From positions 200,825 to 264,824 of the forward strand of contig DATAJX010000002.1 of the NCBI GenBank assembly GCA_036261915.1: a stretch of DNA of 64,000 bases. The letters are read 5' to 3'. Shown piece after piece: positions 52,905-63,116 of this stretch. The number at the start of each line of letters is the position of its first letter. The stretch's first letter is position 1. A program made the position numbers and the translations under genes. The notes beneath the pieces were generated by a model. It searched no databases, was not told the DNA's origin, and saw only the letters and a list, made by a program, of their open reading frames with translations. Origin of the DNA: Alphaproteobacteria bacterium (lineage in GTDB: Bacteria > Pseudomonadota > Alphaproteobacteria > UBA2136 > UBA6156).

Positions 52905-53216
52905 TTACGATTGCCGAACCTGCAACTGCCACGTGCCATCTGTCACGCTCAGGCGCACAGCGGTCACGGGGCGGTAAATTTTCTCGCCGGCGCTGGTGGT
53001 GTGGTAGCCCTGCGGGCTGGTCACCCAAATGGCGGTGTCGGCCAAAACTTTTTCAATATCATCCAGGGTAATTTGCACTTTGGCGCCGGTGGCAGGGCTG
53101 CCGCTGGTCAGGTTGCACACCACGCTCACCTCGCGGTTGGGGTTCACCAAAAAGCTGTCGCTGGTGCTGGTAATGCCGGTCTGTTCTTCAAAGCTCACTA
53201 CGGTACGTGCCGTCAT
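52905..53216 (-). CDS. Hypothetical protein of the phage-like remnant (about 104 aa).
   Basis: Coding bias, translational overlap with the fibre-like gene. Confidence 0.35.
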   Translation of the reverse strand: MTARTVVSFEEQTGITSTSDSFLVNPNREVSVVCNLTSGSPATGAKVQITLDDIEKVLADTAIWVTSPQGYHTTSAGEKIYRPVTAVRLSVTDGTWQLQVRQS

Positions 53217-53252
53217 TGGTATTTCCTTCTCAATTGTTTGGGGTATCGACGC

Positions 53253-53283
53253 AAAAAAACCGGCCATGGGTTACATGGCCGGT
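53253..53283. terminator. Terminator downstream of rpoH.
   Basis: aaaaaaaccggccatgggttacatggccggtag. Confidence 0.55.
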
Positions 53284-53356
53284 AGTGTGGATAAAAACTA
53301 CCTCAGGTTGTGGCTGATTGTCAATTTAAATCAATTAACCATTTGATGCATAAGGC

Positions 53357-54202
53357 TTAGTGAATGGCCTTCTGTGTAATATGCTTCTGCACTTTCTTGT
53401 AGGCACGCTCTTCCAGCTGGCGCACGCGCTCGCGGCTTACGCCGTAAATGCGGCTCAGGTCTTCCAGCGTCGGCATCTTTTCCTCTTCCGTCAAACGGCG
53501 GGCAATGAAGATGTCGCGCTCGCGGTCGTCCAGGATACCAATGGCTTCTTTCAGCTTGTTCTGGCGCTCCTTACCAATCTGCATGGCACCGTAACGCTCC
53601 TCAATGCTGGCGCGCGTGTCCGGAATGAAGTTCTGCCATTCGTTCACGTCGTCGTCGTCGTTCAGGCTGATGTTCAGGCTTTCGTCACCGTGGCGCAAAC
53701 GCTGGTCCATGGTGATCACGTCGTTCTCGTTCACGTTCAGCTCCTTGGCGATCTTCTTGATCGCCTCGGGCGTCATGTGGCTGCTGCCTTCGCCCATCAA
53801 TTCGCTGCGCAGGCGGCGCAGGTTGAAAAACAGTTTCTTCTGGGTGCCGCTGGTCCCGATCTTCACCATGCTCCAGTTGTTCAAAATGTATTCCTGGATG
53901 CTGGCTTTGATCCACCACATGGCATAGGTGCTCAGGCGAAAGCCGCGGTCCGGTTCAAAGCGGGCAATGGCCTGCATCAAACCCACGTTACCCTCCTGAA
54001 TAAGCTCTTCCACCGGCAAGCCATACCCACGGAAACCCATGGCAACCTTCACCACCAGGCGCAAATAGCTCTGCATCAGCTTGTGGCAGGCACGTTCGTC
54101 GTGCTTTTCACGCCACTGGCGGGCAAGGGCTTGTTCTTCCTCAAAGCTCAACGGGGCAAACTTCTGCACCTGTTGAATGTAGCTACTCACAACTTCAGCC
54201 AT
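53357..54202 (-). CDS. rpoH: RNA polymerase sigma-32 (heat-shock sigma factor).
   Basis: Regions 2-4 of the sigma-70 family and the RpoH box QKKLFFNLRRLR. Confidence 0.92.
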   Translation of the reverse strand: MAEVVSSYIQQVQKFAPLSFEEEQALARQWREKHDERACHKLMQSYLRLVVKVAMGFRGYGLPVEELIQEGNVGLMQAIARFEPDRGFRLSTYAMWWIKASIQEYILNNWSMVKIGTSGTQKKLFFNLRRLRSELMGEGSSHMTPEAIKKIAKELNVNENDVITMDQRLRHGDESLNISLNDDDDVNEWQNFIPDTRASIEERYGAMQIGKERQNKLKEAIGILDDRERDIFIARRLTEEEKMPTLEDLSRIYGVSRERVRQLEERAYKKVQKHITQKAIH

Positions 54203-54379
54203 GGCAACCTCCTTGGTTGTTTCAAAGCGAGGGCAGGGCCGGTTTCAAGCCTCTCGGCTGATTTGGCCCATTCTCGTGACCATATTGTATGCAAACGGTT
54301 TCAAGCCCTCCCTGACAGGGGATCTTAAATTTCAAGGGCTTGACGTAAAAAGGCCGGAAAACCGGCCCTAAATAGCTTG

Positions 54380-55339
54380 TCAGCGCAGGCTTTCCAGCAG
54401 TTTTTGCATGTCGGGCGGCAGCGGGCTGGTAAACATCATGTCTTCCCAGGTTATGGGGTGGTTAAAGCCCAATTCCGCCGCGTGCAGGGCTTGCCGTCCA
54501 AAGCTTTTGGCAGCCAGTTGCCCGGCCTCGCCCTGGCCTTTCAGCGGCGCGGGCTTGCCGTACATGGGGTCACCCAGCAACGCATGGCCCAAATGGGCCA
54601 TATGAACCCGAATTTGATGGGTCCGGCCGGTCTCAAGGCGGCATTCCACCAGGCTGGCGCCCGGCAATGCCTCAATAACCTTGTAATGGGTAATGGCGTT
54701 TTTGCCCCCGCTGGTGCCCACGGGCAGTACGGCCCGCTTTTTGCGGTCAACCGGGTGGCGGCCAATATGGGTTTCCAGGCGCCCGGCGGCGGGCAAGGGC
54801 GTACCCCGCACAATGGCCTTGTAAACCCTGTGAATACTATGCCGCGCAAACTGCGCCGCCAGTCCGCGGTGGGCCTTGTCGTGCTTGGCGGCCACCAGAA
54901 TACCGCTGGTGTCTTTGTCCAGCCGGTGCACGATCCCCGGCCGTGCCTCGCCGTTCATGCCGCTCAGGCTGTTGCCGCAGTGCCCCAGCAGCGCATGCAC
55001 CAATGTGCCGGTCTTGTGGCCCAAACTGGGGTGGACCGCCATCCCGGAGGGCTTATCCAACACGATCAGGTGCTCGTCCTCAAACAAGATCACCAGCGGA
55101 ATGTCCTCGGCCAGCAGCGTAGCGGCTTCAATGGCCGGTACATCAACCGCATAAACCTCTCCCAGCTTCACTTTCCGGGCCGGGTTGGCTTCGGCTACGC
55201 CACCCCGCGTCACATGGTGCTCCCTGATCCACCGCTGCACCGCCGCCCGGCTGGCATTGGCCTCTCCCAGCTGCCCCACCAGCCAAACATCAAGCCGCTG
55301 GCCGGCCTCAGTTACCTCAAAGCTGAAAATTCCTTGCAT
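54380..55339 (-). CDS. rluD: 23S rRNA pseudouridine synthase RluD.
   Basis: S4 domain, HRLDKDTSGILVAAK catalytic motif, about 319 aa. Confidence 0.85.
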   Translation of the reverse strand: MQGIFSFEVTEAGQRLDVWLVGQLGEANASRAAVQRWIREHHVTRGGVAEANPARKVKLGEVYAVDVPAIEAATLLAEDIPLVILFEDEHLIVLDKPSGMAVHPSLGHKTGTLVHALLGHCGNSLSGMNGEARPGIVHRLDKDTSGILVAAKHDKAHRGLAAQFARHSIHRVYKAIVRGTPLPAAGRLETHIGRHPVDRKKRAVLPVGTSGGKNAITHYKVIEALPGASLVECRLETGRTHQIRVHMAHLGHALLGDPMYGKPAPLKGQGEAGQLAAKSFGRQALHAAELGFNHPITWEDMMFTSPLPPDMQKLLESLR

Positions 55340-55377
55340 TTTACTTACTTATGGGTAAAACCTCAGCCCGTCAACGC

Positions 55378-56605
55378 CATGAAAACCCGCACCCTCACAG
55401 GCACCACCCACGCGTCGCTGGCCATCATTGCCAGCCGCATGGTCAACCTCGCGGGCAAATTCGCCCTCAGTTTCTTCATCGCCCGCTACCTGGGCCTGGC
55501 CGAACTCGGCCTCTATGGCTTGGTTCTGGGCATCGTCACAGTGTTTCCCGCCATCGCAGGCTTCGGCCTCAGCAGCCTGCTGGCGCGCGAAGCCGTCACC
55601 CAAAAGCCCGCCCAGTTCACAGCGGTCATGGCCCAACTGCTTAAGGCCCAAAGCCTGCTTTATGCTGCCCTGCTGCCGCTGGCATTGCTTATCGGCTGGT
55701 TGACCGGCCAGCCACACTTGGCCATCCTCACACTGGCGCTGGCCTATGCCGAACAACTCAACAACGCCATCTTCGATTTCCTCATCGCCCGCCACCAGCC
55801 ATTGCTGGCCAACGTGCTTACCACTCTGCGCGGCGGCCTGTGGGCGTTCGCCTTCATGCTGCTGGCATTCCTGCATCCCCAAGCCGCCACGCTCGATACC
55901 GTCCTGTGGATATGGCTGGCAGGCGTCACACTGGCCATTATCGCCTTCACGGCTAAAGCCAAAAGCTGGCCATGGGCTCAGGCGCTCGGGCAAAAATTCT
56001 CCCTGAAGACTTACATCGAGCACATCCGCCGCGCAGGCTGGCTTTATGTCGGCAGCATCGCCACATTGCTGGGGCAGAACATCGACCGCTACATCGTCAC
56101 CCTGTTCCTCGGGCTCGAAGCCACCGGCGTCTACGTCCTCTTCTGGTCCATCGGCAACGCACTCTACAACCTCACGGTGTCGGGCGTGCTGCAGCTGGCG
56201 CGGCCGCACCTCATCCAGGCTAGGCAAAAAGCCAAACATTATGCGGTGGTCTATCGTCAAACGGCCGGGCGCACGCTGGTGTCGGTGCTGGCCACGCAAC
56301 TGCCCGTCGCGCTTGTGTTCCCGCTGGCGCTGCCGTGGCTGCAACGCCCGCTGGTCGAATTCTACCTGCCCGCCCTCTGGCTGGTGCAAGTGGGCATGGC
56401 GCTGCGCACGGGGCTCGAATTTTTCGCCACCGGCTACTACGCCCACCAGCGCGATGCCCACATCGCGCAGCTCAACCTGCTGCTGCTTGGCCTTACGGTG
56501 GCGTGTAATTTTGCGCTTCTGCCGTTCTTAGGCCTTTACGGGGCCGCGGCGGCCATCGGTATCGCGGCGCTGTTTTGCTTGCCGTACCTCAAGGTGCGCG
56601 CATGA
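55378..56605 (+). CDS. Polysaccharide biosynthesis flippase (Wzx/MOP family).
   Basis: About 410 aa, 12 predicted TM helices, starting MKTRTLTGTTHASLAIIASRMVNLAGKFALSFFIARYLG. The upstream 330 codons of the 742-aa track ORF are antisense to rluD and are rejected. Confidence 0.65.
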
Positions 56606-57687
56606 AGGTCCTGCACGCGGCCGAAACCATCAAAGGCGGCGTCGCCACCGTTATGCGTGCGCTCATCGAAGCGCAAACCAAACAGTACGGCGCCAGTAAC
56701 GTCACCGCGCTTGTCCCGGCCGAACAAAGCGCCGAACTGCCCACACCCAAACCCACCCAGAAAAGAACCTTCGCGCGCAGCGGACGCCACCCGCTGGCCT
56801 TTTTCTTTTTCGCACGCACGCTGGCGCAACTGGTGCTCAGGCAAAAGCCTCATGTAGTCCACCTGCACAGCACGTTCGCGGGTGCCATCGGCCGCGTCAT
56901 ATTGCTGGCGCTGCGCCCGTGGCACAAAGCGCAAGTGGTTTACTGCCCGCATGCTTTCGCGTTCATGATCGATACCCAACCGCTTTACCGCAGCCTTTTC
57001 GCGTGGGTCGAATGGCTGCTGGCGCCGGCCACCAGCCACATCATCTGCGTCAGCGAGTTTGAAAAGAACGTCGCCATCAGCTACGGCCTGCCCGAGCGCA
57101 AACTGGTGGTGGTGCATAACGGCGTCAATGCGCCCGCCGCCAAAAAAACGAAAGACCCGTTCAAGGCGTCGCGCGGGCACGTGCGTGCGCTGTTCGTCGG
57201 CCGATTCGACCATCAAAAGGGCTTCGATACCCTGCAACGCGCCATGGCCCAGCTGCACGGCAGCCCGGTGCACCTGACCGCCGTGGGCGGCGCGGTTAAC
57301 GGCGCCGCCAAACCCGCGCAGGTACCCAACATCACTTATACCGGCTGGCTCCCGGCCGCGCAGGTCGCCGCCTACATGGCGCACGCGCACGTCATCGTCG
57401 TGCCTTCGCGCTACGAGGGTTTCGCCATGGTACCGCTCGAAGCCATGGCCCACGGCAAGGCGGTGCTCGCCAGCAATGTCACCTCGCTGCCCGAGGCCGT
57501 GTCGCACGGCAAAACCGGCCTGCTGTTCGCTGCAGGCAATGCCGCCGCGCTGGCCGGCGCACTGCGCGATACGCCCCTTGCAAGCTGGCAAACCATGGGC
57601 AAGGCTGGGTTCATGAATTACCAAAAACACTTCACCGCCAGGCGCATGGCACAGGCCACGGCAACACTTTACGGGGCCGGGGAATGA
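56602..57687 (+). CDS. Glycosyltransferase family 4.
   Basis: GT-B fold with the E-x7-E region (VVPSRYEGFAMVPLEAMAHGKAVLAS). Confidence 0.8.
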   Translation: MKVLHAAETIKGGVATVMRALIEAQTKQYGASNVTALVPAEQSAELPTPKPTQKRTFARSGRHPLAFFFFARTLAQLVLRQKPHVVHLHSTFAGAIGRVILLALRPWHKAQVVYCPHAFAFMIDTQPLYRSLFAWVEWLLAPATSHIICVSEFEKNVAISYGLPERKLVVVHNGVNAPAAKKTKDPFKASRGHVRALFVGRFDHQKGFDTLQRAMAQLHGSPVHLTAVGGAVNGAAKPAQVPNITYTGWLPAAQVAAYMAHAHVIVVPSRYEGFAMVPLEAMAHGKAVLASNVTSLPEAVSHGKTGLLFAAGNAAALAGALRDTPLASWQTMGKAGFMNYQKHFTARRMAQATATLYGAGE

Positions 57688-58757
57688 AAAAATTCATGCA
57701 GGCACAAACCGGCTACGGCTGGCTGTTCGCGGGCGGCATCATGCTGGCCTACCTGCTTACCATGTTCGTGTTCAGCGACATGCTTCCCGCGCAATGGAGT
57801 TTCGATTCCACCTATCTGCAAGACCTCATCACCCAGGGCACCGACATGGAATCCGATGCCTACGTCGCCACCGCCAACCTGTTCGCGCTGCTGCCCGACA
57901 GCATGCTCATGGGCTTCATCAGCCTGCTGGGGTGCGGGGTCATCGCCTGGATGGCAGGGAGCGCCTTCACGCTCTCTTCCGGTGCTGCCGCAGGCGTCAT
58001 GCTTACCCCGCTGCTGCTTATGGGTCTGCTGCGCCCGCAAAAAGAGGTCATCGTCGTGCTGCTGTCGGTTGTCCTTATGCTGGCCGTGGTGCGGGCGCGC
58101 CGCGCGCTTGTGCCGCTGGTTGCCGTCGCCGCGCTTTACCTGCCTTACGGCGCGTTCGTCAGGCCGTATTACCTGCTTATTTTCCTGGTGTTGCTGGCAC
58201 TGCATTTCGTGCCGCGCTGGTCCAAGGGCACCATCATCCTGGCCATCGCCGCCGGGCTGGCTTCCCTGTTCCTGCTGCCGGGCGATGTTTACCTCGCACT
58301 GCAGGGCCCGCGAGATAACGGCAACTTCTACCGCGTGCTGGGCGACGTCGGCAACCGCACCTTCTTCCTCAACCCGTATTACCCCGATAACCTTTTCGCG
58401 TTCATGGCCAACTACGCCTATGCCGCGCTGCGCCTCAACCTGCCGCTGCTGTTCAGCGTGGCGCCGCAAGAGGTTTTCCTCGTCCTCAGCGCCACCCTCT
58501 ATTTCTGGCTGGGTCGCTGCATGTTCAAACTCGGCAACTGGCGCGCACAATTCCTCGCCCGGCTTTTTGTCGCGCACATTCTGGTGCTGACCCTGTTCGA
58601 GCCCGACCTCGGCAGCTATCTCCGCCACGCCTCGTCGGTGGCGTTGTACCTCTGGCCCGGCCTGCTGCTGTGGCAGCGCATGCAGGTATCGTTACCCGCG
58701 CGCCACCCCATGCTCACATTCCTGCGCCTCGATCATTTCCAAAAGGAGCCCGCATGA
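57684..58757 (+). CDS. Polytopic membrane protein, possibly an O-antigen/EPS polymerase (Wzy-like).
   Basis: About 10 TM helices, located between the GT4 and methyltransferase genes. No catalytic motif assignable. Confidence 0.4.
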   Translation: MKKFMQAQTGYGWLFAGGIMLAYLLTMFVFSDMLPAQWSFDSTYLQDLITQGTDMESDAYVATANLFALLPDSMLMGFISLLGCGVIAWMAGSAFTLSSGAAAGVMLTPLLLMGLLRPQKEVIVVLLSVVLMLAVVRARRALVPLVAVAALYLPYGAFVRPYYLLIFLVLLALHFVPRWSKGTIILAIAAGLASLFLLPGDVYLALQGPRDNGNFYRVLGDVGNRTFFLNPYYPDNLFAFMANYAYAALRLNLPLLFSVAPQEVFLVLSATLYFWLGRCMFKLGNWRAQFLARLFVAHILVLTLFEPDLGSYLRHASSVALYLWPGLLLWQRMQVSLPARHPMLTFLRLDHFQKEPA

Positions 58758-59437
58758 CCCACCTCACGTACGAACAGCAAACCGTCGCCAGCCCCAACCC
58801 GCTGGCGCGTTACGCACACCTCAGCCGCTTCAAGCGCGCCAAGGCGCTTTGCCAAAAATACCTGCCTGCCAAAGGCAGCTTGCTCGATTACGGCGCGGGC
58901 GACGGCCGCCTGCTGGCGCTGCTGCGCAAGGCCCAGCCCAAGGCGCAACTGCTGGGGCTCGAACCCTACATGGATATCACCGATAAAAAGCACATCTTCC
59001 GCACCGCCGACAAACTGCCGCCCAAGGTCGACGTCATCACCGCCTTCGAAGTGCTCGAACACCTCGATGCGCACAACATGGCGGGGTATCTCAAGCTGGT
59101 GAACGCCCGGCTTGCCAAAAACGGTCACATCATCATCAGCGTGCCCAACATGCTGGGGCCCAGCCTGTTCCTCAAATACATCAACTGGCGCTTCATCAAG
59201 CGTTCGCAGTGGATCTACAGCTGGGGCGACGTGTTCAAGGCGGGGCTGCTGCTCAAGTCGCCGCCGCGCGAACTCAAACCGCTGGGCGATTACCTGGGGC
59301 ATACCGGTTTCGACTGGCGCTTGCTGCGGGTGCAAATGCTCAAGCACTATAAACTGGTCGAAGAATTCCACAGCCCGTTTCCGGCCTTGTGGTGGGGCTT
59401 CAACAGCCAGTGGTTTGCGGTGTTTGAGCGCCGCTAG
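58754..59437 (+). CDS. Class I SAM-dependent methyltransferase.
   Basis: LLDYGAGDGRLL (motif I) and acidic motif II. AAAGGAG RBS before the ATG at 58754. Confidence 0.75.
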   Translation: MTHLTYEQQTVASPNPLARYAHLSRFKRAKALCQKYLPAKGSLLDYGAGDGRLLALLRKAQPKAQLLGLEPYMDITDKKHIFRTADKLPPKVDVITAFEVLEHLDAHNMAGYLKLVNARLAKNGHIIISVPNMLGPSLFLKYINWRFIKRSQWIYSWGDVFKAGLLLKSPPRELKPLGDYLGHTGFDWRLLRVQMLKHYKLVEEFHSPFPALWWGFNSQWFAVFERR

Positions 59438-59713
59438 CTAGCGGGCAGGGGCCGGCAGGCTCGAAGACGGGTCCCACGGCGTGTTGGCCGGGCGCGGCTC
59501 GCCCACGGCGATCTTGGCCTCGCTATCAAGGCAGGCAATGTAATGATGAAATCCGGTGCGCTTGAAAATATCCCAGCCCAGCTTTTCCTTGGCGGCGTAC
59601 AGCATCAACCCCACGGGCACGGTGCTGGCCAGGTACAAAACCAGGGCGCATAGCCACCAGAGAGCCCGTTTGAGCCATTTTTTAGCCGAATTTGGCCGGT
59701 TTGCGACGTCCAT
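59438..59713 (-). CDS. Small membrane protein (91 aa), hypothetical.
   Basis: One or two TM helices (WWLCALVLYLASTVPVGLMLYA), coding-like bias. Confidence 0.35.
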   Translation of the reverse strand: MDVANRPNSAKKWLKRALWWLCALVLYLASTVPVGLMLYAAKEKLGWDIFKRTGFHHYIACLDSEAKIAVGEPRPANTPWDPSSSLPAPAR

Positions 59714-59769
59714 GAGACCTTTTTGTGCCGTTGGTGAGCGGCAAAGCGCCGCCTGAGCATCAGTAAATC

Positions 59770-59844
59770 TGGCGTCCCGTAGGGGAATCGAACCCCTGTT
59801 TCCACCGTGAAAGGGTAGCGTCCTAACCGCTAGACGAACGGGAC
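59770..59844 (-). tRNA. tRNA-Glu (anticodon TTC).
   Basis: Reverse complement GTCCCGTTCGTCTAGCGGTTAGGACGCTACCCTTTCACGGTGGAAACAGGGGTTCGATTCCCCTACGGGACGCCA. Confidence 0.85.
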
Positions 59845-59950
59845 AACCGGCCTGCTTATACGCAAGGCTGCGGGTTTATGCAACAGGCTAAACACATTGA
59901 TTTTGCCCCTTGCCACAACCATCGCACCCCGCTATAAACCCGCCCGGAGC

Positions 59951-60025
<75 letters not shown>

Positions 60026-60061
60026 TTTTCATATTAAAATCAATCTGATAGATTAAATGCT

Positions 60062-61042
60062 ATGACAGATAAACCCGCGATTTTTGTGACCGGTGGTGCA
60101 GGATATGTGGGCAGCCACGCCTGTCTGGCGCTCGAAAAGGCCGGTTTTACGCCCATAGCCTTTGATAATTTATCGGCCGGTGACAAAAACCGCGTGAAAT
60201 TTGGCCCGTTTGTTGAGGGTGATATTAAAAGCCCGCTCTCGTTAATGGCGGCGATCCGCCATTATAAGCCGGTTGCTGTGATGCATTTTGCCGGGCTGAT
60301 CTCGGTGGGTGATTCGGTTAAAAACCCGCTGAGTACCTACCACAACAACGTGACAGGCACCCTGGCTTTATTGGCGGCCATGAAGGAAACCGGGGTGAAG
60401 CACATGGTGTTTTCGAGCAGCGCGGCGGTGTATGGCGCGCCCGAGGCCACGCCTATTGCTGAAAACGCCCCCAAAGCGCCGCTAAGCCCTTATGGCCAAA
60501 CGAAATTGATGGCCGAAACCATTCTGGCTGATTGCGCCGCCGCGGGCCTGCTGAATTATACCGCCCTGCGTTACTTTAATGCCGCCGGGGCCACCCCCGA
60601 ACAGGGGCTGGGCTATAACCGCGCCGACCCTACCCACCTGATTCCGCTGGCGCTGCAGACGGTGTTGGGCAAGCGCCCGGCGTTGGAAATATTTGGCAAT
60701 GATTACAATAGTTTAGATGGTACCGCGGTGCGTGATTACGTGCACGTGGCGGACCTTGCGGAGGCGCATGTTGCCGCGCTGAAGTACCTGCTGGCGGGGG
60801 GTGAAAGCGTGGCGCTGAACCTGGGGACCTCGAAGGGGCACTCGGTGCTTGAGGTGTTGGCCGAGGTGGAAAAAGTGACCGGTAAAAGTGTAGCGCGGGT
60901 GATGCGCGAACGTCGCATGGGTGATGCGCCGGTGTTGGTTGCTGATGCGCAATTGTCGAAAAAAGTGCTGGATTGGAGCGCAAAGGGCTCTGACCTGTCG
61001 CAGATCATCGCCAGCGACTGGGCGTGGCACCAGACGCTTTAA
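60062..61042 (+). CDS. galE: UDP-glucose 4-epimerase.
   Basis: TGGAGYVGSH Rossmann motif and the YxxxK catalytic region (SPYGQTKLM), about 326 aa. Confidence 0.9.
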   Translation: MTDKPAIFVTGGAGYVGSHACLALEKAGFTPIAFDNLSAGDKNRVKFGPFVEGDIKSPLSLMAAIRHYKPVAVMHFAGLISVGDSVKNPLSTYHNNVTGTLALLAAMKETGVKHMVFSSSAAVYGAPEATPIAENAPKAPLSPYGQTKLMAETILADCAAAGLLNYTALRYFNAAGATPEQGLGYNRADPTHLIPLALQTVLGKRPALEIFGNDYNSLDGTAVRDYVHVADLAEAHVAALKYLLAGGESVALNLGTSKGHSVLEVLAEVEKVTGKSVARVMRERRMGDAPVLVADAQLSKKVLDWSAKGSDLSQIIASDWAWHQTL

Positions 61043-61047
61043 GGTAG

Positions 61048-61536
61048 CTAGTACGCCTGCCGCTGGAACAGCACCACCAGCGGGGTGAGGGCGAGTATCT
61101 TCAGGTCGAGCCCCAGGTTCCAGTTCTCGATGTACCAGACGTCGTATTCGACGCGGCTGGCCATTTTGTCGATGGTTTCGGTTTCGCCCCGCAGGCCGTT
61201 GATCTGCGCCCAGCCGGTGAGGCCGGGGCGCATTTTGTGGCGGCTGGCGTAACGGCCGACGGTTTGGCCGTAATAGCTGTTGTGGCTGGGCACGTGCGGG
61301 CGCGGGCCGACCAGGCTCATGTCGCCGCGCAGGACGTTGATGAGTTGAGGCAGTTCGTCGATGCTGGTGCGGCGGATGAAGCCGCCGATGGGGGTGAGGC
61401 GGGTGTCGTTTTTGCTGGCCTGTTTTTCTTTGCCCGAGGCGTCGCGCGCGTCGGCGGCCTGCATTTTCATGCTGCGGAACTTGAGCATGCGGAAACCCAC
61501 CCCGTTGAAGCCGCCGCGCGACTGGGTGAAGAACAC
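61048..61536 (-). pseudogene. Truncated polyprenyl-phosphate sugar phosphotransferase (catalytic domain only, no membrane anchor).
   Basis: Contains KFRSM...DELPQL...PGLTGWAQ (bacterial sugar transferase C-terminal domain) but starts directly at the catalytic domain. Full-length members carry one to five N-terminal TM helices. Confidence 0.5.
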
Positions 61537-61595
61537 CGGGCCGGGGCTGGTGGGGCTATGCCGAGTGGCACCGCGACATTGCGCTGCTTGACCTG

Positions 61596-62030
61596 ATGCT
61601 GGCGGTGCGGGTGAACACCGAGCAGGCCGTCATTTACCGGGCCAGTGCGCGGAACCATTTGGCCAGTGCTTTGGCGGTTCAGCCCGGCGACCCTTACAGC
61701 TGGCAGCGCATGGCGATGATCGACCTGGCCGACCATGAACTGGCGGCGGGGGATCTGCTGAACAGTTTTATCACGTCGCCCGCCGAGCCGAGGTTGCTGT
61801 GGGCCCGCTTGCCGCTGGCCATGCTACTGTGGGACGAATTGCAGAAACGTGACCCGGAAATGCTGCAGACCCAGTTGGTGATGGCATGGGACAACCCGCA
61901 GTTGGCATGGGAAACCCTGCGCTACCTGCCGCACGGCCCGGCGCGGCTGGCCGAAGCCGTGAAGGGTTTGCCCGGCATTGCCGATGAATGGCTGCGCGTG
62001 ACGAAACAGCCTTGGCCTTACGCACAGTAA
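61596..62030 (+). pseudogene. C-terminal fragment of a TPR-like protein (remnant ORF).
   Basis: The reading frame is open upstream of the first Met with no start context. Helical repeat-like sequence. It abuts the truncated sugar transferase at a probable deletion junction. Confidence 0.35.
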
Positions 62031-62043
62031 GCGGGGAATTCAA

Positions 62044-62118
62044 TGGAGGCCGGAACGGGATTTGAACCCGTGCATCGCGGTTTTGCAGACCGCTGCGTTA
62101 CCACTTCGCCACCCGGCC
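62044..62118 (-). tRNA. tRNA-Cys (anticodon GCA).
   Basis: Reverse complement GGCCGGGTGGCGAAGTGGTAACGCAGCGGTCTGCAAAACCGCGATGCACGGGTTCAAATCCCGTTCCGGCCTCCA. Confidence 0.85.
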
Positions 62119-62243
62119 TCACTGCCAAACGGCTTTATTCAATAGAAGGAGCGTGGGGGTTGAGTCAACTTTAAAAAAGCCCCCCATGGATGCCTACCCC
62201 CAAAGAGGGCGGCATGACGGCTGTGGAGTGGGGAGTATGGGTG

Positions 62244-62888
62244 CTAGAAAACGAAGGCTTCGGCGACCGTGAGGGCGGGGTGGAGCAGGGCCTTGGTTTC
62301 GAACAGTTCTTCGCGGAACTGGGTGCCGCCGTGTTTGGTGATGACGCTGGCGGTGAGCAGGCCGTTCTGCCCCTGGAACACGCCGCCGATCTTGCCGCCT
62401 TCGGCCAGTTGCGCGAGCAGCGCCTGCGGCACCTGTGTGGCGGCGGCATCGAGCACGATGACATTATAGGGGCCGTGGGCGGTATCGCCTGCTGCCGGGG
62501 CGGCGTTGCTGACGGTGACGTTATGGAAGGCCTTGAGATTGGTTTGGGCCTGCTTGAGCAGGGCGGCATCGTCTTCGGTGACGGTGACGTGGGCGGCCAG
62601 CGGGGCGAGCAGCGCGGCGGTGTAGCCGGTGGCGCCCGCCACGACGAGGACCTTATCGGTGTTTTGGATATCGAGCGTTTGCAGCAGGCGGGCCAATGTC
62701 ATGGGGGCGTACATGGCGCGGCCGTTGCCCAGTGGGGTGAGGGTGTCGGCGTAGGCGGTTTTGGCGTAGGCCGCCGGAATAAAATCTTCGCGCGCCACGT
62801 GGGCCATGCTGGCGAGCAGGGCTGGGTTGTTGACGTGGTTGGGCCGGAGTTGGCCGTCGATCATGTTGTGGCGAGCAGTGGATTGCAT
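62244..62888 (-). CDS. pcm: Protein-L-isoaspartate O-methyltransferase.
   Basis: VLVVGAGTGYTAALLA motif I and PCM family length (about 214 aa from MQSTARHN). Confidence 0.75.
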   Translation of the reverse strand: MQSTARHNMIDGQLRPNHVNNPALLASMAHVAREDFIPAAYAKTAYADTLTPLGNGRAMYAPMTLARLLQTLDIQNTDKVLVVAGATGYTAALLAPLAAHVTVTEDDAALLKQAQTNLKAFHNVTVSNAAPAAGDTAHGPYNVIVLDAAATQVPQALLAQLAEGGKIGGVFQGQNGLLTASVITKHGGTQFREELFETKALLHPALTVAEAFVF

Positions 62889-62970
62889 GGGGCGAAAGTC
62901 GGCCAAAGCCGTATAAAGGTCAAGCCGGACGACCATAAAATAAGCCCGCCATAAGGCGGGCTGGTAATAA

Positions 62971-63045
62971 TGGCTCCGGCGGTTGGGATCGAACCAACGA
63001 CCCACGGATTAACAGTCCGTTGCTCTACCGCTGAGCTACGCCGGA
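62971..63045 (-). tRNA. tRNA-Asn (anticodon GTT).
   Basis: Reverse complement TCCGGCGTAGCTCAGCGGTAGAGCAACGGACTGTTAATCCGTGGGTCGTTGGTTCGATCCCAACCGCCGGAGCCA. Confidence 0.85.
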
Positions 63046-63116
63046 AGCGCAGGGTTTGTAAGGGCAGAGGTTTATGTCGTCAAGCCTTAACAGCGAGGTT
63101 CACCTGATGGAAATGT

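Noticed and set aside
54203-54380. Possible regulatory repeats (three TTTCAAG-containing motifs) upstream of rpoH.
   Set aside because: Too short and degenerate to call promoters or operators from sequence alone. Noted only.
54377-55377. N-terminal 330 codons of the 742-aa plus-strand track ORF.
   Set aside because: Antisense to rluD. The real flippase gene starts at the ATG near 55378, where the hydrophobic helices begin.
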